Positions 1 to 9,414 of a stretch of DNA of 64,000 nucleotides are shown here, piece by piece (the stretch's first letter is position 1; the number at the start of each line of letters is the position of its first letter). The stretch spans positions 64,001-128,000 of the forward strand of contig JBGANV010000007.1 in the NCBI GenBank assembly GCA_044222185.1, read 5' to 3'. This stretch comes from Planctomycetota bacterium. GTDB taxonomy: Bacteria > Planctomycetota > GCA-002687715 > CAIWVZ01. A program made the translations under genes and the position numbers. Below the pieces are notes generated by a model. The model did not search any database. It had not been told where the DNA came from and worked only from the letters and a program-made list of their open reading frames with translations.

Positions 1-510
1 AGCGATGCGCGGGATGAGCTGTGTTTCGTCACGCACAGCATGGGTGGCGTCGTCGTGTTCGACACGATCACGGAGATGGCGAGAAGAGGCGAGGTGCCCG
101 GGGGCCGGCGCATCGTTCATTACATGCTCGCCAACCAACTGGCTCTCCTCGAACTGGGCAAGAGCGACGCGGTCCAGACGCTCGCTGGCACGCCCGGCCT
201 CGCGGCGACCTGCACCGACGCCGACACGCTCGTCGAGGCCGTGCTGTTCAGTGACCCGAACGACATGCTCACGTTCGGCGTGCCAGAGGTGTTCAAGCAG
301 ACGCATGCCCGCTATCGGAACCTGCTCTACACCTACACGAACGTCGCCGTCACCGTCGCCGACACGTCGTACTTCGGCCTCCTGGCCAACCCTCTCGAGG
401 CACACGCCGGCTATGCACGCTGCAACCGGGTCTTGGACGCGCTGATCGCCGGGAACGCACCGAAGTCCGAGTCGACCGAGGAAGGCACAACCGGCTCCGC
501 GGCTCCCTGA
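1..510 (+). CDS. alpha/beta hydrolase-like protein, 5' partial
   Basis: Frame 1 is open from the window edge and reads SDARDELCFVTHSMGGVVVFD, a nucleophile-elbow (x-H-S-M-G-G) motif. There is a candidate catalytic His near the C-terminus (LEAHAGY). Confidence 0.6.
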   Translation, partial: SDARDELCFVTHSMGGVVVFDTITEMARRGEVPGGRRIVHYMLANQLALLELGKSDAVQTLAGTPGLAATCTDADTLVEAVLFSDPNDMLTFGVPEVFKQTHARYRNLLYTYTNVAVTVADTSYFGLLANPLEAHAGYARCNRVLDALIAGNAPKSESTEEGTTGSAAP

Positions 511-685
511 GACGGCGGCATCTCCATACGCACTCGCGCGGCGGCGCCTTCGCCGGACGGAGTATGGCCCCGCGATCTGAAGCACGGAGGATGGGTGCGG
601 TTCCTCCGCCCTGCGTCTGCCCCGTCGCTTTCCTCCCGACACCCTGCGGCGGACGCGGGGTCTTTGTTTCCCAGGTAGCCGCGCC

Positions 686-3400
686 ATGCTCGACTCACTT
701 CGCCGGCGTCCGGTCGGACTCGTGTCAGTCGCTCTCCTCCTCGCATTCCAACTCGCCCCGGCCCAGGCCCCGAACCTGGACCCTGCGCAGCCGCTGCCGG
801 GGAGCCCCATCGTCGGCCCCGCTCCGGGAAGCCAGAAGGCGGCCGTGGTGGCCCTCGGCCTGGGCTCGTCGCTGATGGTCTTCGAAGACGACCGCGCTGG
901 CGACAGCGACCTCTTCGCGGTGCGACTCGGACCGGGCGCGGTCCCGCTCGACTCGGTGCCGTTCCCCGTGACGAAGGCGCCGGGCAATCAGACGGTCCCC
1001 AAGGTCGTCTGGAATGGCGCCAACTGGCTCGTCGTCTATCTGAACCAGGTCGACCCCGGCAGCGGGTACTTCGCCTACCAGTTCGCGGCCCAGCGCGTGT
1101 CGCCGGCGGGACAGGTGCTCGACGCCACGCCGATCGTCCTCGGATCCGATGACACCGGCGGGAACTTCGGCGTCGCGAGCGACGGCAACAACTGGGTCGT
1201 CTCCTACACGGGATACTCCAGCGGCTCGAACGGGATCACCGCGAAGCGCATCAGTCCGGCGGGAGTGATCCTCGACCCGGCTGGCGTCACCGTCTTTCCG
1301 GCGACCTACTACATCATCTTCGGCGTCTCGACGACGTTCGGGCAGAACGAGTACGTCTTCACCTGGATCGACAACGGCCTGAAGGCCCGACGGTTCACGC
1401 CCCAGATGCAGCCCATCGACGCAGCGCCGATCTCCACCGTGTTCGCGGACGGCACCCTCACGTCGAATGGCTCACAGTTCTTCATCGTTCGGACGCGGCA
1501 GACGTCGCTCTACACGTCGGAGGTCGTGGCGAACCGCCTGAACGCGTCGCTCGCACCGCTCGAGGCGAATCCGATCAGCGTCTCGGGCTTCGGCGCGAAC
1601 GTCAACTACACCGAACCGCAGGCCGCGTGGGACGGCTCGCAATGGATCGTTTCGTGGCTCACCCTCGCGACACAGACTCCGAAGGCCGCGCGCGTGACGA
1701 CGTCTGGTGTGGTGCTCGATCCGGCGGGCGTGACGATTCCCGAGAACGATCCGAGCTACCTCTACGGATTCACGCTCGGCGGGCTGCCGGGAGGCGGAGC
1801 GCTCCTGGCCTGGCACGACGTGCGGTTCAACGGGACGAACGACGTCTTCGGCACTGCGGTCAGCGGTACGGGTGCTCCGGGAACCGAGCAGTGCTTCAGC
1901 ATCGGCGCCGAAGCGCTGCGCAACCCGCGCGTGACCGCCGGCTTGGACCAGCTTCTCGTCACCTATCGCGCGGAGCTCGCGGCGACGTCGCGCGTGCTGG
2001 TCCAGCGACTGGATGCGGTCGGTGCGGCAATCGACGGCGAAGGCATCGAGGTGGCGTCCGCCGTGCACACGGGCCTCTATGCGGGTGGGGTGGCCTGGAA
2101 CGGGAGCGTCTATCTCGTGACCTGGTCCGATGCCCAACAGGGAAAGGTGTTCGCGCGGCGATTCCTGCCGAGCGGTGGCTGGCTCGACGCAGCTCCGATA
2201 TTCGTGATGAACGGATGGGGGAGTGATGCGGCCGCGCTCGGGTCGGACTTCCTCGTGACGGGTCTGCGATCGCCCGGATACCCGCAGTACGTCTCGTCGT
2301 ACGCGGCTCGGGTTCGCGGCTCGGACGGGTTGGTTCTCGACAATCCCGCGCCAGCGGTGGCGGGGACGTACGCGACTCGTGCGCGCGTCGTCACGCTCGG
2401 GGGGCGATACCTCATCGCCACCGAGTCGCACGTTTCTCACGACTCGAACCAGGCGGGCATCGTCCTCAATTTCGTCGACACGGCAGGCGTCGTCACCGCT
2501 CCGCTCAACGTCGGACCGCTCAACATCCAGGACTGGGGGAGCATCGACATCGCGAGCGCGGGCACGAGCGCGCTCGTGATCGGCCAGACTGGCAGCAACT
2601 GGACGAACACGGACGTCTACGCGCGGCGCGTTCTGCCCGACGGGTCCATGCCAGCGCCGATGTTCAACGTGACGGCCACGGCGCCCTTCGGCCAGTCGCG
2701 CGCGTCGGTGATGTGGACCGGCACCGAGTACGCGGTGAGCCATCTCACGTTCCAGAACAACGTGTGGAGCTACGACCTGGAGCCGGATGTGTACGTCAGC
2801 CGGATCACCGAGGCCGGAGTCCTGGTGGGGTCGGCGGCCGCGCCGCTGTGGAATGGCGAGGACTACGAGGTGTCGGTCGACGGCGACGGCACCGGCGGCG
2901 GGCGCGGCGTGTTCGCCGCGTCGACGTACGTGGATGGCTCGTACGCGGCGTTTCGCATCAGTCTCCGGACCTTGCGCGCGGCCGGTGTGACGCCATTTGG
3001 CGTGGGCACGCCGGGTTGCACCGGTCCCGAGCAGCTCGACGCAATCTCGCGGCCGTTCATCGGCAACGCCGCGTTCGGGTTCGTCTGCACGCATGCGCCG
3101 GCAGGCGCGAGCGGGTTGCTCGTGGCGAGCACGGTGGCAGTTCCAGGCGGGGCGGATCCGTTCGGGGTCGGCGTGGTCCTGCACGTCGGCATGGCGTCGC
3201 CGACGGCCTACCTGACGCTTCCGATGAATGCGGATGCGGCCGGTGTGGGTCGCACGCCCGTCGCGCTGCCCGCGTCGCCTTCCCTCGTCGGCAGCACGTT
3301 CCACTTCCAGGCGGCGTTCGTCTGGAACGGACCGTGCACGCCGTCACCCCTCGGGATCAGCACGTCGAGCGGATTGAGCCTGCAGATCCAGGCGCCGTGA
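686..3400 (+). CDS. secreted repeat surface protein with C-terminal beta-sandwich-like domain
   Basis: 904-aa ORF with a signal peptide (VGLVSVALLLAFQLAPAQA), repeated VxW(N/D)GxxWLV...RVxxxGxVLD units, and a C-terminal domain running GTPGCTG...HFQAA...STSSGLSLQI. Confidence 0.75.
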   Translation: MLDSLRRRPVGLVSVALLLAFQLAPAQAPNLDPAQPLPGSPIVGPAPGSQKAAVVALGLGSSLMVFEDDRAGDSDLFAVRLGPGAVPLDSVPFPVTKAPGNQTVPKVVWNGANWLVVYLNQVDPGSGYFAYQFAAQRVSPAGQVLDATPIVLGSDDTGGNFGVASDGNNWVVSYTGYSSGSNGITAKRISPAGVILDPAGVTVFPATYYIIFGVSTTFGQNEYVFTWIDNGLKARRFTPQMQPIDAAPISTVFADGTLTSNGSQFFIVRTRQTSLYTSEVVANRLNASLAPLEANPISVSGFGANVNYTEPQAAWDGSQWIVSWLTLATQTPKAARVTTSGVVLDPAGVTIPENDPSYLYGFTLGGLPGGGALLAWHDVRFNGTNDVFGTAVSGTGAPGTEQCFSIGAEALRNPRVTAGLDQLLVTYRAELAATSRVLVQRLDAVGAAIDGEGIEVASAVHTGLYAGGVAWNGSVYLVTWSDAQQGKVFARRFLPSGGWLDAAPIFVMNGWGSDAAALGSDFLVTGLRSPGYPQYVSSYAARVRGSDGLVLDNPAPAVAGTYATRARVVTLGGRYLIATESHVSHDSNQAGIVLNFVDTAGVVTAPLNVGPLNIQDWGSIDIASAGTSALVIGQTGSNWTNTDVYARRVLPDGSMPAPMFNVTATAPFGQSRASVMWTGTEYAVSHLTFQNNVWSYDLEPDVYVSRITEAGVLVGSAAAPLWNGEDYEVSVDGDGTGGGRGVFAASTYVDGSYAAFRISLRTLRAAGVTPFGVGTPGCTGPEQLDAISRPFIGNAAFGFVCTHAPAGASGLLVASTVAVPGGADPFGVGVVLHVGMASPTAYLTLPMNADAAGVGRTPVALPASPSLVGSTFHFQAAFVWNGPCTPSPLGISTSSGLSLQIQAP

Positions 3401-3412
3401 GGCTGCTGCGCT

Positions 3413-3907
3413 TCAGGCCGGCGTCGCTGCGGCGACGGCCGGCCGCCGGGCGCGAAACGCGATGGCCCAGGCGATGAACCACACCAGTGCGGCGAACGCC
3501 ACGTGGATCAGCGCCGGCATCACCCAGTTGAACACGAGCACCAGCCAGGGTGACGCATCCTCGGGCATCTTGAACTCGCGAAGCTGCACCTCGTAGCGCG
3601 TCGGCCCGCCCGACGGCGTCTTCCACCGATAGGCCCAGGCCAGCGCGTAGGCCGCCGCGATGGCGCCGCGGTAGATGAACGCGAACACCGCCGCCGTCTT
3701 GATCATGGACCAGAGCGAATGTCCGGCCCGCAACATCAGGATCGACGACAGGATGATCCAGAGCGCTCCGAGGGCGAAGACGCTGAGGACCTTCATCGCT
3801 GCCGCATCGGGGTGATTCACCTCGAGCCACGCGCGCAGCACGGTGAGCGGGAGGAGGATCAAACCCGGAACGAGGCCAAAGCGGACGATGGGAGTTGGGC
3901 GGGTCAT
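3413..3907 (-). CDS. hypothetical membrane protein (about 4 TM segments)
   Basis: 164-aa ORF with about four hydrophobic stretches and a protein-like composition, convergent with the preceding gene. Confidence 0.7.
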   Translation of the reverse strand: MTRPTPIVRFGLVPGLILLPLTVLRAWLEVNHPDAAAMKVLSVFALGALWIILSSILMLRAGHSLWSMIKTAAVFAFIYRGAIAAAYALAWAYRWKTPSGGPTRYEVQLREFKMPEDASPWLVLVFNWVMPALIHVAFAALVWFIAWAIAFRARRPAVAAATPA

Positions 3908-3958
3908 GGGGCGAAGGGTATTTCATCGGGGGGACGTTCACACGGGCGGCGGCCGAGC

Positions 3959-4266
3959 GCATCGTCGTCGATTGCTTGCTGCGAACGAAGCGAGCCGCCG
4001 ATCTCTGCAGGGCTGGAGCCCTGCCAACCGGCCGCGTGGAACGCGGCGTTCCGTGCGCAGGACGGTGAGTTCGAGCGAACAGGAGCGCCAAGCTCCGCTT
4101 GGCCGGACCGGCAAGGCTCCAGCCTTGCCGCGAACGTCGACGGACGATCACGCGCCCCGACGCGTTGCGGCATCGTCGTCGATTGCTTGCTGCGAACGAA
4201 GCCAGCCGCCGATCTCTGCAGGGCCGGAGCCCTGCCAACCGGCCACGTGGAACGCGGCGTTCCGTG
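3959..4266. repeat. REP/BIME-like cluster: two 97-bp direct repeats flanking inverted palindromic units
   Basis: 3959-4055 and 4170-4266 match with 3 mismatches. Each holds the hairpins GCAGGGC(T/C)GGAGCCCTGC and GGAACGCGGCGTTCC. The spacer holds CCAAGCTCCGCTTGG and CGGCAAGGCTCCAGCCTTGCCG (4109-4130). Confidence 0.8.
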
Positions 4267-4332
4267 TTGCCGCCCGCAGCACGGCACTCGGCCCGGTATA
4301 GTCCTGCCTCGAACGTCGAGGAGGTCCGCGCC

Positions 4333-7300
4333 ATGTTCATGTCGTCGCGCCGGGGCATGCCCGGGTTGGTGTCGCTGGTCGCGTGGTTGGTGACGGTTTC
4401 GGGCGCGGCCCAGACCGACGTGGGCGAAACGCTGTTGCTCCAGCAGCCGACGATCTCCGCAGATCACGTCGTGTTCGTCTACGCGCAGGACCTGTGGATC
4501 GTGGGGCGCGACGGCGGCGTGGCGCGGCGTCTGACCAGCCACGTGGAGAGCGAGCGCGCGCCGGCGCTGAGTCCCGACGCGAAGCTCGTCGCGTTCACGG
4601 GTCAGTACGACGGCAACGACGACGTGTACGTCATTCCGATCGAGGGCGGGATCCCGCGGCGGCTGACGTTCCACCCGGGCCGTGACGTGGTGCAGGGGTG
4701 GCATCCCGATGGCAAGCGCATCCTCTTCACGAGTGATCGGGATGGCGGCGCGCCGGTCGAGCGGGCGTTCCTCGTCAGCGCGGATGGCGGCAACCCGGAA
4801 CCGCTGCCCATGCCGAAGGTGGCGCGGGCCCGCCTGAGCGGCGATGGAACGCACGTGGCCTACACCCCGATCCGCGACGCGTTCCGCACGTGGAAGCGCT
4901 ACCGCGGCGGACAGACGACGCCGATCTGGATCTTCGACCTTTCGACGTTCGCGACGGAGCAGATCCCGCACGAAAACGCCAGCGACACCTTCCCGTGCTG
5001 GGTCGGCGCGGACGTCTACTTCATGAGCGATCGCGACGGTCACATGAATCTCTGGCGATTCACGCCCGGCGGAAGCGCGCCGCAGCAACTGACGCGGTTC
5101 ACCGATTTCGACGTGAGGTCCGTGTCGTCGGGCGCGGGCGTCGTCGTCTTCGAGCAGGCCGGTGCCATTCACGTCTGGGATCCGGCGAAGGGCAGTGACA
5201 CGCGACTGCGCGTCACCGTTCCCGCGGATGGTCTGGGCGCCCGGCCCCGGTGGTCCGAGGCGAAGGGGTTCGTTCGCGGGGCGGCGATCGCCCCCAACGG
5301 CAAGCGCGTGGCGGCCGAGGTCCGCGGCGACATCGTGACGTTCCCGAGAGAGTTCGGTGATCCGCGCGCCGTCACCGATTCGCCGAGTGCGCACGACCAG
5401 AGCCCGGCGTGGTCGCCCGACGGAACCCAGCTGGCGTGGCTGTCGGACGAGAGCGGCGAATACCGCCTCTTGATGCGTGACGAGCGTGGCGTGGAGTCGC
5501 CGCGAGCTTTCGACCTCGGGCCCGGCGGGTTCTTCTTCGAGCTCACCTGGAGCCCCGACGGAAAACACATCTCGTTCCACGACCGTTCTGGCCGCATCGC
5601 GTTCGTGACGCTCGAGACGGGCGTCGTCACGACCATTGGCTCCTGGCCCGCGGCATTCGGCGGGTCGCGTGGGACGGCGTCGTGGTCGCGGGACAGTCGC
5701 ACGATCGCGCTCGCGACGCGTGATCCGGCCACGCTGTACGACTCGATCCAGCTCTACGATCTGCAGACCGGCAAGCTCACCGCGATCACGGACGGGTTCG
5801 GGTCGGCCGACCAGCCTGCGTTCTCGATGGACGGCAAGTACCTGTTCTTCCGCGCCACGGTTGACGGCGGCATGCGCCGCTTCGGCCTCGACATGAGCTC
5901 GCGTGCGAGCCGCGATCCGACGATGAGCCTCTACGCCGTCGTGCTCCAACGTTCGCAGAAGAACCCGCTGGCGCCGAAAAGCGACGAGGCGAGCGACGAC
6001 AAGAAGGCCGCGGCGGAATCCAAGCCGACGGCGGAGAGCCGACCCGCTGTCGAGCTCGACGGCATCGACCAGCGCATCGTGGCGTTGCCGCTGCCTCCGC
6101 GAACCTACAGCGGGCTTGCGTGCACGAAGACCCGGCTCCTGTTCCTCGAAGCCAGCGAGCCCGGCGCCTCCGATGCGACGCTGCGCAGCTTCGACTTCGA
6201 GTCACGCAAGGCGGAGGACGTGGTGGCGAAGCTGTCGTCATTCGCCGTGTCCGCGAGCGGCGAGCATCTGCTCGTGCGCATGGGCGACGAGATCTCGATC
6301 GCGAGCGCCGAGGGCAAGGACAAGAAGGTCGTCGGGTTCGACAAGGTAAAGGTGCGGGTGGAACCCACCGTCGAATGGAGGCAGATGCTCCGCGAGGTGT
6401 GGCGGATCCATCGCGACTACTTCTACGACCCGAAGATGCACGGCGTCGATTGGAATGCCATGTGGGAGCGGTGGCAGGCATTCCTCCCGCACGTGCGGCA
6501 GCGGGACGATCTCAACCTCGTCATCGCCGAGATGATCGGCGAGCTGGCGTGCGGTCACGAGAACGTCAACGGCGGCGACAGGCCCACGGCGCCGGAGAGC
6601 CCGGGCACCGGTCTGCTCGGCGCCGACTTCTCCGTGGAAGAAGGGCGCCACCGGATTCGCACGATCTACCGCGGACAGAACTGGAACCCGACGTTGCGGG
6701 CGCCGCTCACCGAGCCCGGGGTCGATGCGAAGGTTGGCGACTACCTGCTTGCCGTCGATGGGCGCCCGCTCGCGGGGACGCAGGATCTGTATGCCGCGTT
6801 CGTCGGCACGGCGAATCGTCAAACGGTGCTGACCTTGTCGTCGACGCCTGACGGAGCCGGCGCGCGGAAAGTCACCGTGGTTCCCATCGCGAGCGACACC
6901 ATGCTGCGTCGCCGCGCGTGGGTCGAGGCCAACCGACGCCGTGTGGATGCGCTCTCGAACGGGCGCCTCGCGTACGTTCACATGCCGGACACCGGCTCAT
7001 CGGGCAAGGAGGCGTTCGATCGCGACTTCTACTCCGAGCTCGGCCGCGACGGCGTGATCCTCGACGAGCGATACAACACCGGCGGCATGGCGGCCGATTA
7101 CGTCATCGCCACGTTGTCGCGGCAGGTCATCGGTCATTGGATGACGCGCGAAGGCTGGGCGGCGCGCACGCCGTTCGCGACGATCCCGGGTCCCAAGGTG
7201 ATGATCGCCAATGAGAACGCTGGCTCGGGCGGCGATTGGATGCCGTGGGCGTTCCAGCGGCTGAAGGTGGGGCCCGTCGTCGGCATGCGCACGTGGGGCG

Positions 7301-7563
7301 GTGCCGTGGGCATCGGTCCCGGCATCGTGTTGATGGACGGCGGCACGGTCACGCCACCAGCGTTCGGAGCCATGGACGCGGACGGGCATTGGGCCATCGA
7401 GAACGAGGGCGTGGCTCCGGATTACGAAGTGGTGGAATGGCCGAAGGACGTCATCGCGGGTCACGATCCGCAGCTCGAGAAGGCCGTCGCGCTCGCTCTC
7501 GCCGAGTTGGAGAAGAATCCGCCGAAGCCCCGGCCTTCGTTCACATCACCCAAGCCTCGCTGA
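4333..7563 (+). CDS. tricorn protease homolog (S41 family; beta-propellers, PDZ, peptidase)
   Basis: GAGGAGG RBS before ATG 4333, a signal peptide, PD40-like repeats (PALSPDAKLVAFTGQYDGNDDVY), WKRYRGG, FYDPKMHGVDW, and the catalytic Ser region NENAGSGGD ... GMRTWGG. Confidence 0.93.
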   Translation: MFMSSRRGMPGLVSLVAWLVTVSGAAQTDVGETLLLQQPTISADHVVFVYAQDLWIVGRDGGVARRLTSHVESERAPALSPDAKLVAFTGQYDGNDDVYVIPIEGGIPRRLTFHPGRDVVQGWHPDGKRILFTSDRDGGAPVERAFLVSADGGNPEPLPMPKVARARLSGDGTHVAYTPIRDAFRTWKRYRGGQTTPIWIFDLSTFATEQIPHENASDTFPCWVGADVYFMSDRDGHMNLWRFTPGGSAPQQLTRFTDFDVRSVSSGAGVVVFEQAGAIHVWDPAKGSDTRLRVTVPADGLGARPRWSEAKGFVRGAAIAPNGKRVAAEVRGDIVTFPREFGDPRAVTDSPSAHDQSPAWSPDGTQLAWLSDESGEYRLLMRDERGVESPRAFDLGPGGFFFELTWSPDGKHISFHDRSGRIAFVTLETGVVTTIGSWPAAFGGSRGTASWSRDSRTIALATRDPATLYDSIQLYDLQTGKLTAITDGFGSADQPAFSMDGKYLFFRATVDGGMRRFGLDMSSRASRDPTMSLYAVVLQRSQKNPLAPKSDEASDDKKAAAESKPTAESRPAVELDGIDQRIVALPLPPRTYSGLACTKTRLLFLEASEPGASDATLRSFDFESRKAEDVVAKLSSFAVSASGEHLLVRMGDEISIASAEGKDKKVVGFDKVKVRVEPTVEWRQMLREVWRIHRDYFYDPKMHGVDWNAMWERWQAFLPHVRQRDDLNLVIAEMIGELACGHENVNGGDRPTAPESPGTGLLGADFSVEEGRHRIRTIYRGQNWNPTLRAPLTEPGVDAKVGDYLLAVDGRPLAGTQDLYAAFVGTANRQTVLTLSSTPDGAGARKVTVVPIASDTMLRRRAWVEANRRRVDALSNGRLAYVHMPDTGSSGKEAFDRDFYSELGRDGVILDERYNTGGMAADYVIATLSRQVIGHWMTREGWAARTPFATIPGPKVMIANENAGSGGDWMPWAFQRLKVGPVVGMRTWGGAVGIGPGIVLMDGGTVTPPAFGAMDADGHWAIENEGVAPDYEVVEWPKDVIAGHDPQLEKAVALALAELEKNPPKPRPSFTSPKPR

Positions 7564-7690
7564 GTGACGAGGCCGGCGCGACCGGGGCTCAGCCTCACCG
7601 TTCGACGGAATCCGAGTGGCCGTCGCGGTCGCCCCTGAGGCTCGCGGCCGTGTGCACCTACGATCCTTCGCCATCCGAAAGGGGCGCCCC

Positions 7691-9061
7691 ATGTCACCGA
7701 GCATCATCGAGCCGTTCAAGATCAAGGTCGTCGAGCCGATTCCGCTTCTCACGCGAGAGGAGCGCGAGCGGCGACTCGCCGCGGCGCACTTCAACCTCTT
7801 CGGGCTGAAGGCCGAGTCGGTGACGTTCGACTTCCTGACGGACTCGGGGATCTCGGCGATGTCGGTTCAACAATGGGCCGCCATGATGCTCGCGGACGAA
7901 TCGTATGCCGGGTCGCGGTCGTTCTTCCGCTTCGAGAAGGCCGTGCGCGACCTCACGGGGTTCAAGCACATCATCCCCACGCACCAGGGCCGCGCCGCCG
8001 AGCGGATCCTCTTCGCCATCACGGTGAAGCCTGGGATGCGCGTGCCGTCCAATTGCCACTTCGACACCACGCGCGCCAACATCGAGTTCGACGGGGGCGA
8101 GGCGGCGGACCTCGTGATCGAGGAGGGGAAGGACCCGAAGTCCGAGCACCCGTTCAAAGGCAACGTGAACCTCGACCGTCTGGATGCGTTCTGCCGCGAG
8201 CACGCCGGCACGATTCCGCTCGGCATGACGACCATCACGAACAACACGGCAGGCGGGCAGCCCGTCAGCCTGGAGAACCTCCGCGGTGTCGCGAAGATCC
8301 TGCGCTCGCACGGAATCCCGTTCATCCTCGATGCGTGCCGCTTCGCCGAGAACTCCTGGTTCATCAAGACGCGAGAGCCGGGCCAGTCGCATCGATCCGT
8401 GCCGGACATCGCACACGAGATCTTCCGGCTCGCGGATGGCTGCACGTTCTCGGGCAAGAAGGACGGCCTCGTGAACATGGGCGGGTTCCTCGCGCTCAAC
8501 GACGACGCGTGGGCGGAGCAGGCCCGCAATCTCCTCATCCTCACCGAGGGGTTCCCGACCTACGGCGGATGCGCCGCGCGCGATCTGGAGGCGCTCGCCG
8601 TCGGCATCGGCGAGTCCATGAGCGAGGAGTACCTCGAGTATCGCCAGGCGAGCATCAAGTACCTGGCGAAGGGGCTGAACGCGCGCGGCATTCCCACCGT
8701 TCAGCCGCCAGGCGGACACGCCGTCTACATCGACGCCAAGTCGTTCCTCTCGCACATTCCGCCCGAGCAGTTCCCGGGGCAGGCCCTCGCGTGCGAGCTC
8801 TACCTCGAGGGCGGCATTCGCTCGTGCGAGATCGGGTCGGTGATGTTCGGAAAGGTCTCGGCGGACGGGAAGTTCACGCCCTCAGCCATGGAACTCGTTC
8901 GCCTCGCGATTCCTCGCCGCTGCTACACCCAAAGCCACATCGACCGCGTGGTCGAGATCTGCGGTGACGTGGCGAGGCGGTCCCGCGAGCTTCGCGGCAT
9001 GAAGATGACCTTCCGCCCGCCGTTCCTCACGCACTTCACGGCGCGGTTCGCGCGGATGTAG
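7691..9061 (+). CDS. tnaA: tryptophanase (beta-eliminating lyase)
   Basis: IEPFKIKVVEPI, DFLTDSG, PTHQGRAAE, PLP-Lys motif SGKKDGLVNMGG and EGFPTYGG. The C-terminal HFTARF favours tryptophanase over tyrosine phenol-lyase (FFTARF). Confidence 0.85.
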   Translation: MSPSIIEPFKIKVVEPIPLLTREERERRLAAAHFNLFGLKAESVTFDFLTDSGISAMSVQQWAAMMLADESYAGSRSFFRFEKAVRDLTGFKHIIPTHQGRAAERILFAITVKPGMRVPSNCHFDTTRANIEFDGGEAADLVIEEGKDPKSEHPFKGNVNLDRLDAFCREHAGTIPLGMTTITNNTAGGQPVSLENLRGVAKILRSHGIPFILDACRFAENSWFIKTREPGQSHRSVPDIAHEIFRLADGCTFSGKKDGLVNMGGFLALNDDAWAEQARNLLILTEGFPTYGGCAARDLEALAVGIGESMSEEYLEYRQASIKYLAKGLNARGIPTVQPPGGHAVYIDAKSFLSHIPPEQFPGQALACELYLEGGIRSCEIGSVMFGKVSADGKFTPSAMELVRLAIPRRCYTQSHIDRVVEICGDVARRSRELRGMKMTFRPPFLTHFTARFARM

Positions 9062-9414
9062 CTCGGCGTCGCCGTCCTGGCGGACGGACGTTCGTTCCTG
9101 ACGTCTCGGCCTGGATGACGACCTCCGTCGTCGGGGATGGTCGCCCGTTGCGACCGGCGGACGCGTCTGGTGACGTCCGCGAGACTCTCGAACGACCGCG
9201 CGCTCGGCTCGAGCCCGTCCATCGCCGGTGGACGCGAGACGTGAATCGCGTTTCCAGGCGACGATGCCTGGTCGTCGAACGCCGGGAGGCGCGATGTACG
9301 CTCGAATGGCGGGGCTTGTGCAGCGTCGAGCTGCCGCGACATTCGCACGGTGGCTGATTGGCCTGAACCGGTGCGCAATGAACGATGGAGCGACGATCCT
9401 TCGGAGGCTCCACC

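Noticed and set aside
3959-4266. Possible mini-CRISPR
   Set aside because: Only two 97-bp copies with a 114-bp palindromic spacer and no cas genes, which fits REP-like repeats better.
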